Positions 53,245-64,000 of a DNA stretch of 64,000 bases are shown one piece after another. Origin of the DNA: Phoronis australis (lineage: Eukaryota; Animalia; Phoronida); NCBI GenBank assembly GCA_002633005.1, contig NMRA01000185.1, forward strand, positions 527,921 through 591,920, read 5' to 3'. A model generated the notes under the pieces. The model ran no database searches and was not told the DNA's origin. It saw nothing but the letters and a program-made list of their open reading frames with translations. The first letter of the stretch is position 1, and every line of letters begins with the position of its first letter. A program made the translations under genes and the position numbers.

Positions 53245-55979
53245 TACTTAAAAAAATCAACTTGATTGCATAGAATAAAACTCTTAAATAAGAAATTGCT
53301 TAGCACTCATCTAATTATGACCGACCAACACCTTTTAATGAATAATTGAATTTGAGTGAATTCTGGGAAATTTTTGCAGCAAAAGCGTCTCCATGACAAC
53401 GCATGTCACTGACCTGCACAGCTAAATTTGAACGCGCAGATATTTTAATTCACAATTCTTATGCAACCCATTCTATTCTGTATTAAATGAGCACGTAAGA
53501 TCGATGAACCAAGAACATGTTGAAAGATCACCCCTATACATGAAATAGAAATAGAAATAACTATAAAAAGATTTACACCAGGACAGGCATAGTACACCCA
53601 TTTAATGATTACATAATTCTGCAACCAAATACTGTGGGTTTCTCAGCAGACCATTTGCACATGCACTGAAACTCTGCCTCTGAGTAAGCTTTTTTGAAGA
53701 TTACAAAGATCTTGCGAAGTTAAAGACTTGACAGTTCAGACTAATAAATGGAGATTATATGCATTATGGTAATAAAAGAAAATTATTGCAATGACATGCA
53801 GTGACCCTCAAAACTCGCACAAATCACAATACATTAATATCAGTTATTAGTATTTTTATGTTGACCTTTGCACAAGATTTGTAAAAAATGTTCAACAACG
53901 GCATGGTATCAATTTTGTTTCCATGACAAATATAATGCCAAGGAATAACTGACTAACTGGATTGTAGGTCAACACGTCTGCAAAAAACTATAGGACAATG
54001 AACCCTACTACCAACTGACCACACACTGACCATGCTGACCAATAACATAAGTATCCTGTCAATTGTAGTACAAGTGTTCATTTATACTAATTCCAGCTTG
54101 ACCATTACTTTTTCTCAGTCATTTTGTTCTAGTAAAAACATTTTCCTCACCTAAGCTGCAGAGGTCAAAGGCTGACCACTGGTTACTCAACCCCTTCTAT
54201 TTTATATTGAAATACTGAATGTCACAAATGAACTTGCACTGTTTAAACTCCTGACCTTCTCCTGGGGGATGTACCTGCTACCTCACAATGCACAGTTGAG
54301 AACCATGAATGTAACCTCCATTTTTGTTTATTTCTTTGAGATTCATAAACAATAATAATCATAATTTTTCCTGTTTAGATCTCAGAGAGTACACGAGACT
54401 TTGTACACAAAAACGCATACTAAAATTTTCATATGATAAAAATGAAGAAATACTTGGCATTATGTCCCTATAAAAGTATACCTGAATCTTAAAAAAAAAA
54501 CAATTCCATCTGTTTTAAAAGCAAATTTCAATCACAATTACAACACAAAACAGCTACAGCTTCTGCAATTAAATTTGCTACTCAAATCCCCCAGGCATGC
54601 AAAAAGATGCGTCCATTATAATTAATTACCTATCCATTGACTTGTGACTGGTCAAGATGACCAGGTCGTTGAACGCAGGAACTACTTTCAGAAGTGGGAT
54701 GGCAAATGGGAGGAGCTATCAGTGTCTATGACAACTACTGGACAACTGGACTAAGGCATAACTACTTTTGGTATATAGGTATACGTGGGATGAGTTTGCT
54801 TTTGAAAGCAGAATTATAAGACAGAAAACTGAAGTTAAAAATATGCGTTAAAATATATCAATTGAGGACACAATATGCCAGAAAAGTAAAATTTTATTTT
54901 TTCATTTTTTTCCACAAAACTTCAGTAGCACTGAATAGATGCTTTATCATTTTTAAGTTCTATGCAACAGCAAGCATCAGCTAAAGTTTTGTGAAACAGT
55001 ATGTATCCATAGTAATGTTACAAGGTCAATTATTTTTGTTCGAATTTGATTTTACGGTACTATAAAATGAAACAGATAAGAAATAACGACAATTCCACAA
55101 TGTTACACTAACACTGTCAAGATTAGTTCTTTCAAAATAACCGATTGTCTGTTCCCAATAAAAAGAAAGAATGTGGCACAAAAACACCTTTGTGCGCCGA
55201 TGTCATGCCCACTGCCTGCAGATAAAATGGAAAATAGTTGTCTACAGGTCTCAATGGAAACCTGGTCAAATTTCTCAAATGAGGTTTTTCTAAAATTCAC
55301 AAAGTATACACAAGTCTGCCTTCTCCATTACCAAAGCAGTGCAAATCCTTTATCAAGGCAGCTATAAAATAAAAAACCCAGAATTTAAGATGAAATGAGG
55401 CCAATCACAGCAAGAAGTGACTTCAGTATTTTCACCTCTGAACTGTTACATAACCACTGTGTCATCGACCGCAAGCAACAACCAACAACTCCATCTATCA
55501 TCTCGAAGTAAAATACGGGCACATGTAGATCAGAAATCCATTTTTCATTCAAGCTTTCATTAACCTGACCAGATGCTGAGTAATGGGTAGGATGTGTGTT
55601 TACATCAATGCCTAACATGTCATTAAGGACAGGTAATGATAACAGGACACATTCACATGTCCACACAGATTGCACAGAATGGGTTTCTGAAATGGTGCAA
55701 ATAAATACAACGCTGATTTAAATTGATTCACATTCTCCGACTGCAAATCACCTAGTAGAATAACTATGGTCACGTGAGAAATAAATCACTGGTGAAAATT
55801 TTATAATCTGCAAATTGTTTGAAGAGTATAATTTCAGTTGTCAAACTGAATAAAATTTTATTTTGTAGTTTGTATGGTTTTTCCTCTACACTGTCCTTCA
55901 GCACATCACTATTGAGACACACTTTGAAAATTGGAAAATGGCAAATAACCACTTCTGCTTGAAGTTGAACCATATTTTA

Positions 55980-56268
55980 CAGTATGGTACAATACACGCA
56001 GTAGGCCCCAGTATGGTGCATTACATACTGTAGGCCCCAGTATGGTGCATTACACCCTGTAGACCCCAGTATGGTGCATTACACCCTGTAGACCCCAGTA
56101 TGGTGCATTACACCCTGTAGACCCCAGTATGGTGCCTTACACTCTGTATGCGCCAGTATTGTGCATTACATGCTGTAGAACCCAGTATGGTGCATTACAC
56201 GCTGCAGATCCCAATATGGTGCATTACATGCTGTAGGTTCCAGTATGGTGCATTAAACACTGCAGACT
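55980..56268 (+). repeat. Minisatellite, ~10 copies of a 29-bp unit
   Basis: Consensus CAGTATGGTGCATTACACCCTGTAGACCC. Central units are identical and outer units have diverged. Confidence 0.95.
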
Positions 56269-56594
56269 GCACTGCACAATTTTCAAACCAGAGACTTTCA
56301 CCTGATGATTTCAAATTCATTTATGTTAAAATAAAATCTCATCTCTGTCAGACAAAAATAATTGCCAAAAACGTTTTAAAAAAATTCCCAAGGGCTTGTT
56401 ACATCATTGTGAATAGCCACAATTTTTTAAAACTTTGTCAGATGATAGCGATATATATATACATATACATTGCAAGAGTTCTGATTCCCATTGTACCATA
56501 CGTGCACAGGCCCCTCTATGTGGGCCCGTTGCACTGATCACATGGAACCATTTTATGCTTTATTAATTTATAGTTAAAACCCGAGCTGAAGAGC

Positions 56595-56700
56595 CAGAGA
56601 CCTGACTCAAGGGTCTAACAGAGTGCCCCAGTGAGACTTAAACCTAAGACCTTTAGTAAAGGAAGCGATCACCTATCCCACTAGTACAGGCGAGCTCCTC
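56595..56700 (-). mobile_element. Degenerate tRNA-derived SINE head
   Basis: Minus strand shows A-box-like TAGTGGGATAG and B-box-like GGTTTAAGTCTC, followed by CCCTTGAGTCAGG, which resembles the post-tRNA CCTTGAGCAAGG block of many SINEs. Confidence 0.3.
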
Positions 56701-56760
56701 TAGATGATAGCTATGGTACAAAACTTGAATATGGAAGCATATGTAAAAAACAATACAATA

Positions 56761-57150
56761 CCAGGCCTTTCCATAGATAAGCCCATGGCTATGTGTTCAG
56801 AAAATGAAAATTTTCAGGCATTTTAGTAACACCAAATAAACACACGGACGTTTATTGAGAAAAGGGGACGTGTAAACGGAAAGTCATAATTTTGATTAAG
56901 CGGTTTCCTGAATTTGACATTTTTTGCTTTTAACTGTGTTTTTAAATTTCATGTTAATAAATGCATAGTTCGCCAACACTTTGTTTAGTAATGATAAATG
57001 CTCCACAAAACTGAATTTGTGACTAAAAGTTGACGCTGAGTGGGCTTTTACGAGGAAATTTTCCCAATAAACGCCCCAATATCTGGACACTTTACACTAG
57101 AACTTGTAACACCAAACAAATGCCCATGGGCGTTTATTCGGCATAATTTT
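56761..57150. mobile_element. TA-type MITE related to 31686-32050
   Basis: Starts TA|CCAGGCCTTTCC..ATAAGCCCATGG, with CCCATGGGCGTTTATTCGG near the other end. Confidence 0.45.
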
Positions 57151-60100
57151 CCACCCATATAGGCATCTCATCCTGTGGGCTCATCTACAGAAAATCTCAC
57201 AGCAATTTTCCTAGTCAGTCACATTGTGTTTTAAATTAATAAGATTTTCCAATAAATGAATTAATAATCAAGTCAGAGGCTCCTTTCGTCAGTCAACAAA
57301 ACTCTTACATGGCTAAACATGTCAACTGCAAAAACAAACAACAATAAGAACATCCCACTTCAGAGATTGCAGGAAGTCATGTAGCATATCAAACAAATAA
57401 ACAGACCTAACCATAGCTTTATTGTGGCTTGCTGTGGACAGACAATAACATTGACTCAAGATAAAGATTGCTGGTCAAGTGTGCCTCAACCCAAGTGCTT
57501 CACATATGGTGGATGGAGGAATGGGCCACCATGAATGTCTTTGAACCTCAGTTCATTGCCCTTTGGCGTCTTCACCTCAGGCTCTGTAAAATGCTCCCCC
57601 AGAAAGGATAGGAGGTTTTCAGTCACACAATTGCTTCCCAAGAGGTCAGCTATGCTGATGCCCTTGGAAAAATGTCCACTAGAGGCAGAAGTCATGACCT
57701 CTTGACCTTCCAGCAGTAAGCTGTCATTGAACCCAAAACATGTCTACTACACACATCATTGTTCTTGACAACCTTTTTGTTTAAAGTTTTAGCATGTCAT
57801 TTAAAGCTGCATTTCAACCAGTTAGCTGGCTAAAAACAAGATTGAAATGGATAAAATGGTTAATTGCTACGAGAGTATTCCATGGCCGTTACTCACAAGA
57901 ACATCGAAATTATAAGCGACCAGAGAACAGTATAGGGATTTGACGAGATTTTAAATTTGCAGTACAAGGCATTTGGCACTGGACCCTTCCCTTGGAGCAT
58001 TTTTGCACATATCTGCAACCTACAAAATATGGAATCGCAGTGCCAAATGCATGGTGATACTATATTGAGTAACTGGCATGTTCAGTGATGTAAAGGGCTT
58101 CTTTTATCTTTAGTTCTTGACAGATGTATAACTGTCTTCACCCCGTTTCAAACCCTGCAGGTGTTTAACAATATTTGAGCTTGCATCCCTTCTATGGTTA
58201 CCTCTGCGTATACCTAAGACTGTGGCTCAACATTTTGTAGTTAGCCTTGCTTATGTAGATTTTCTCAATTAAAATATGCACTCAAATTCAACACGACTAA
58301 CAGTCTACACCACTGCAGGATAGTCCAGCAGTTTAGGCATAGGCAAACTATTTATCAGAAAATCCAGCAACAGTTGCAATAACCCAGGCCTATCCTTCGA
58401 GGGCGTACCAATGAGGAAGGTCTTTCCTTTTCACATAGCTTAAGCACAGATCACAGGCTACGTCACAAACAAGGAAGACTTGTATTAAAAAAACCTTGAT
58501 CGTTGGGTAATCAGTAAGTTCACATAAATAATCAAAACATCAAGGAAGTTATCAATATCTATCAAAACAAGAGCAAAGGCATGCTATTTTTAAAACTGCC
58601 AACAGTATTTGTCAACAATATCCTTGTCTTTTTTAATTCACTGTTGCACATTTGAGTAATAATATTGCCAAGTGACCATATGAAAGCTATTTCCTTGAGC
58701 ATAAACATTGAAAATTCTAAATGATTAAAGTCAGGAAGACATGTCTTTTTGCTTAAGTTCATATGAAATTTTGCCAAAAAAAACAATGCTTGAGTGAGCT
58801 ACAAAAAAATCTTTCCGGCAGTATTACCTGAAGTTTTGCACTGACACTAAGCCTATCTCACTAAACGTAAATATCCTTCATGTGGTTTCCAGCAAAGTAA
58901 TGATAATAAACAACACCATTGGTCCAAGTTTTGTGGGGCATTAGAAGTCTGTTAATCTATTTCTTCAGTAACAGAACCACTTGGCTCTTAAACACTCTAA
59001 CACCTTTCTTGCAAAAACAGTATCATTGAGTACAATATTCAATCTCATACAGACACTAGGTGTCGCCACTTCACAGAGAATGGTTCTATCTCCAAAGGAA
59101 TAGAATTGAAATCAACTGCACAAGACAAACAAAGCACACTAATATCTCACATTTCAAATTATTTTATCGGACGAATTCCACAAAATTTAAAGATATCTCA
59201 AACCTTATTCACAAAAATTGGCTATTTTTATAATTAATATTTCACATATTATGTCCAGCAAAACACCTTATCTTCATTCATGGGGAAGTTCGCATATGAA
59301 ACATTTACCTGTAACTTAAGAGATTTAGCAGAACCTCAGAAATTTGTTTACTATGGTAATAATCCGGGGTCAAAGGTTACAGGGTTGTCACTCAAAATGA
59401 GTCTCCCACCAGACAGCTCCGTATTTACGCTCAGTCCTTTCGTTCACCAAGTCGCCATTAAAATACTGAGTCAACAAGGTGTACATTTGAAAGAAAGATG
59501 TCGGGGAAATGAAGACAAAACATAGTTTTGATCCTGAGGGAGTTGTGCATCTGCATGCATACAAATGTTGAGAATGAATGCTAAGTCCCAGTCACTGCAC
59601 GCCTCAGTGACTTTGTGATCACCAACACAGCAAGATGTGAAAGATAATAATACATATGGCCACAGAACCAAAGTATAACATACACAAGACATTACACTGT
59701 CAGGTGCGTTACAAACTGGATAGTAAATTATATATAAAACACATTCAAATTAATTATTCATAGATGTTATATATGGTGCTCAGCCATCGTGGCGACGGCC
59801 CCGGACATCCACACAGGGGGAGGGGCTATCCAACCATTATGTATAATCTTTTTGGAAATCGTGACTGATCTGCAGTTGAATCAAATAATGATTCTAGTTT
59901 ATATTTCACCTTTTTACTTTCATTATTAATAGCTACAGCCAGTGGGGTTTGGGGGTTCGATCCGCTGCTGAAAAGGTCCAGCCCCGGCATATTCGTTAAC
60001 ATGTGGAGACTTCTTTTGCTTACACAGATTCCCTAAGCCCCAGACAACTTTTAGGATGCCTATTCAGCAGGCCCTTTGTATTGAAGTAGATCTGAGCTAA

Positions 60101-61287
60101 TGAAGTGGACAGGTAATTGCTAGCATTACTGTCTAAACAATGGTTGTTGTTATTACCCCCAATTTGGTTTCCTCTGACATTTGCAGAGTTAAAGCCTTCA
60201 ACTCTGGAGAGTAGTTTTAACTTGGTACATTATAAATATTACAAAATGACTAAAAAGGTTTACTTGTATTTATCTTCACAAAGGGTTACTTCCCAAAGTC
60301 ACGATAACTTCCATATTGGTTTTCTTTACTTAATTTTTAATGCTTCTGCCCACTTATGTTTTTTTTTCTTGCCGGGAAAGGGTTGATAATTTTTTATCTA
60401 AGTTTTAAACTTGAAGTACCAAAACAGTGGTAGATTTTGATGGCCAGCTAAACTTGATTAGTTAGGTTAATTGTGAGAACATCCCTAAACTTACCACACT
60501 ACAGGTACACTAAACAATTTTCACGTGTCATTAAAGTTTAATCTTTATTAGAACTCAAATCATAAAATATAGACAAAAGTGCAAATATGGTGATAACCAA
60601 ACTTAAGATTTGGAATCTCTGGACAATTTCGGAGGCACTGACTATATAACTATTCTAGTTCTTTGTCAGTAATAAAAAATGAAAAGTGTTCACAACAACT
60701 GTTTCCTGGTCAAAAATCTGGTTAAACGAGATTGAAAGAATATTAAACAAGAGCAACGCAGAGCGTTGAAATGTGCCCACGAATGCATTGCAAATGGTGT
60801 GCTTTTAGGGTTGCTTATTTGTGTCATAAAAACAGCCACTAGACGGCGCAAAAACATACAATCCTGGCTCCCCTGACCACACCCACCAGAGCGAACCTGC
60901 CAGACGGCCATTTCCAAGCATGAGGATACCCATAGACCACTGTGGTACCAAAGAAAATTAGTTACCTTTTCACGCCCAAAGAAGTTCTGGGATCCGGGTC
61001 TAGAAGTTTCCTTACGAAACTCGTCCAATTATAAGAAAATTTATGATCAGGTCCGACTAAAAAAGCATACCATAGGCTGCCTTTACCCAATTACCAGGCA
61101 TCCCCAGTGTTTTGAACTAGTATTTTATACAGGATACAAAATATTTAGTAAACAATGGGAATCGACCAGATTCTCCCATAATTGCCGAGTTTGAAAAACA
61201 ACTGTCTACTCCTAAAATGCGTTTACGAAACTAGTTACATACATTTTCCACTTGTTCATATTCCTTAAAGCCCCATTCAGTGCCATA

Positions 61288-61576
61288 CAGTGTTCTCCAC
61301 AACAGAAAATTCAAACTCGTCTTGAATTTCAAATTTCATGTACATGTGCTCAAAAACAATGTTTGTACTGTTGGGATTTTGCGTGTTAAGTCTTCAAATA
61401 AATACACTGAATTGGTAACAAAAGTACAGCATGTCCTAATTTGCTGGGAAATAGCTCTCCCAGTATTTCGAACTCTTTGCACAGGTTTTTAAACTTGACG
61501 CAAGTGAGCCAAACTTGTCACGGCAAAATTTAAACTCGACGCAGTGACGATTCAAAACAGATTGTGGAGAACACTG
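61288..61576. mobile_element. 289-bp MITE, 15-bp perfect TIR, 5-bp TSD
   Basis: CCATA|CAGTGTTCTCCACAA ... TTGTGGAGAACACTG|CCATA. Confidence 0.85.
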
Positions 61577-61953
61577 CCATATCACAAAGAGGGGTAAACG
61601 ATTTTATCAAATAGGTGAAAGGCTATCGACGGAGATAGATCACGACACCCTCACCCAAATTCATTAATTTGATACGTAATTTGGCATTTCGCTGTTTTGA
61701 CCTCATGCTCACATTGCGCTTAACCTCTAACTGGATTTCTATTGTCCATTTGTACTTGGTTTCAAATCAGTTTCCAGGTGCATTGTGTGTACAACAATGA
61801 ATTGTAGACCTGCTTTAAAGTAGGTCAACAGCTGAACCCACCCTGACCGGCAACAGTCACAAAATTATAACGTTTTAGTGATAATTAAGTCAATTACGAA
61901 GTGCACATACACTTGACATTGCGAATGAATGTTGAAATAGCGAACACGATTAA

Positions 61954-63591
61954 AGGAGCATGCCACCCAAAAAACAACCTAATTTGTATCAATTTAGATC
62001 GAGTAGTTCTACTCCATAACGACATGTACGGTTGCGTTACCCGACACCTGACGGCAGACTGAGGTGTTGAAATTATCGAATGACGTCATCGGTTTCACAC
62101 GCAGTCTGTTCAGCAGTTCCCAACACGGGTTACTGGTGTCATCGTTTAGCACCAATAAATCATCAAACTTCGATGTAAAACCTTTAAAAATACATCGATT
62201 TCTTATAAAAACGTGTTGTTTTATTTCGCTCTTACGGATTTATTGGTATTTGGACACACCATACCCTACAAAGTTCGGCAGACCAATAAACGGCATAGCA
62301 GGAGTTTGGGGTCTGTTCGGAGATAATTTCAAAGTATTTTCCGTGAGATACAGACAGGAGAACCTAGATCTGTGTTGTTTAGACTTGTGATTTTTTGAGT
62401 TCTAAACACAAAATGCTTGTTATCCTGGCCGGCAGTGGCTCGGAGCCCGATCAGGCCCGTCGCGGCATGCCGGATTGACTTGTTATCCCGGCCAGTGGCT
62501 CGGAAACTGATCAGACATCATGAACATAAACCAGCCAAAGTTCAGTGGAAACCAAACTTCCAGTCAAGAAAATACTATATTAGTGAGCCAAAGTAATGTG
62601 CACCTGATTATGTTTGTGAATTAGCCACGAAACTGCAAATCTCAGGGGGCCGCGAATTTAGATTCCTCCGGCCACAGCACCGTCAGGGCAGAAGTTGTAC
62701 ATTGACAATCATTATTTGAGTAATGTAAATGTAAATAAAGATTCCCCTAACACCTGGCTGTGGGATGGAAATCGAGTTGTTTCACAACAGTTTCTGCCAG
62801 CAAACACTAAATTAGCATGAGCTCACATGGCCTCGGTGTCCCGTCAACTATGATTAGTTTTTTTGCACCTAAAGCCGGTAACGCAGTGATTTATTCATTG
62901 CTGGCTTCTCAAATCATTTGCACTCATGAACACTCCAAAGGCATAACAAATTGCATCTAATGAGACAGACTTTGTTTCAGTTTTATATAAGTATTGGTTA
63001 GGGTGAGAATAATTCATTTTGAAACAGAACGCTCCAGTAATAAACACCAATGAACATGGCAACTCGCACTCCCGACTTAGGACGAGTTAGAGCTCATCAG
63101 TCCCGACTTCGCAGGTAAATCGTTAAGTTTTACAGGCTATCGATTCGAACAGGAATACAGTGATGAAGAAATATACTAGAGAGGCGCCGTGATTAAGCTC
63201 AGACAACGGAAAGTATGGAGTTATTTGGTAAGCAGGCCACAGACACGGAGATGATTCACGGCCTCATACTTGCTATTTACAGCGTACATTTCTTTCTTCA
63301 CTACCATGAGCAACTTCCTAAGCATTTCGGACTCTCGAGGAAGTAAAAAAAAAAACGATATACCCGCTTTCCTTGCAGCTGCTTAGTTCGGACAAGCGGG
63401 AATGATGCACCGCAACATAGCGGCATTCACTCTGCATATGACCCATTGACGTCGCCTGCGTCGTTTCTCACCTTCCTCACAGGTTAACGCGACACCTCTT
63501 GGCAAGGTAAGGTCGACCGTATGCGAGGCGAAGTGGATATAGACCGATTAAGACGGCAAAAAAGACTAATTAAATCGGGTGGCATTCTCCT
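61954..63591. mobile_element. Non-autonomous Kolobok-like DNA transposon (1.64 kb)
   Basis: TTAA|AGGAGCATGCCACCC ... GGGTGGCATTCTCCT|TTAA (15-bp TIR, 1 mismatch, RR...YY ends). CpG-rich interior, no transposase ORF. Confidence 0.88.
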
Positions 63592-64000
63592 TTAAGGCAT
63601 GTATAGATTATATTGACCGAAAACAAGTTTTCCCCGAATAGTTAACAGAAGGCCTTGAGATTTTCACATTTCGAAACTTAATTGGCTTTTTCTCGCGACT
63701 GCTATTTTTTACCAAATACCTTACATTTTGTGAGTTAATTTGTCATAGAAACTAGACTAAAAGACTAATCGAAAATTCCTTACAGCCTTTTTGAGGTAAC
63801 TGGCGAAGATTTCCTTTTAAAAAGGTTTCATTAAAATCACTTACTAAAAAGCATAAAAGTCCGGCGAGTCAGACGTTTCTGTCCCCCCCACCTCTCTCTC
63901 TAAGGGCCTAATTCACGGATTGGATTTCCCATGACAGGTTGCTTTTTAGTAAGTGATTTAGCCATTTAACATCGTATCTCCCTCAAGCAATGAAAAGCCT

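Noticed and set aside
55385-55675. 96-aa minus-strand ORF
   Set aside because: Non-ATG start, no motif and ambiguous splice sites.
55980-56268. CRISPR array
   Set aside because: Head-to-tail 29-bp tandem units without spacers.
57486-57720. Minus-strand exon-like ORF (LLLEGQEVMTSASSGHFSKG...)
   Set aside because: Weak splice signals and no recognisable homology, so it cannot be supported.
58808-58826. miR-200/miR-8-like seed (TAATACTGCCGG on the minus strand)
   Set aside because: The match is limited to the 5' part and I see no complementary arm.
59945-59970. tRNA gene (GGTTCGATCC B-box)
   Set aside because: No cloverleaf and no correctly spaced A-box.

Overview
AT-rich metazoan genomic DNA; the repeat landscape suggests a marine invertebrate deuterostome (inference only). 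No intact protein-coding gene, rRNA, tRNA gene or CRISPR array is recognisable, and nearly all ORFs in the track are incidental. The window looks like intronic or intergenic DNA densely filled with non-autonomous DNA transposons: TA-flanked Tc2/pogo-like CCGTA-ended elements, one hAT with an 8-bp TSD, TTAA-flanked Kolobok-like elements and several MITEs. It also has two minisatellites, a (CA)n and several weak minus-strand exon candidates. The most unusual object is at 36302-39230. It is a 2.9-kb unit with a perfect 5-bp TSD (AATAC), TG...CA ends and ~580-bp INVERTED arms that look like the R/U5 end of an LTR, and it encloses a decayed Gypsy (Gmr1-type) integrase C-terminus. It thus appears to be an LTR-retrotransposon derivative organised like a TIR element.
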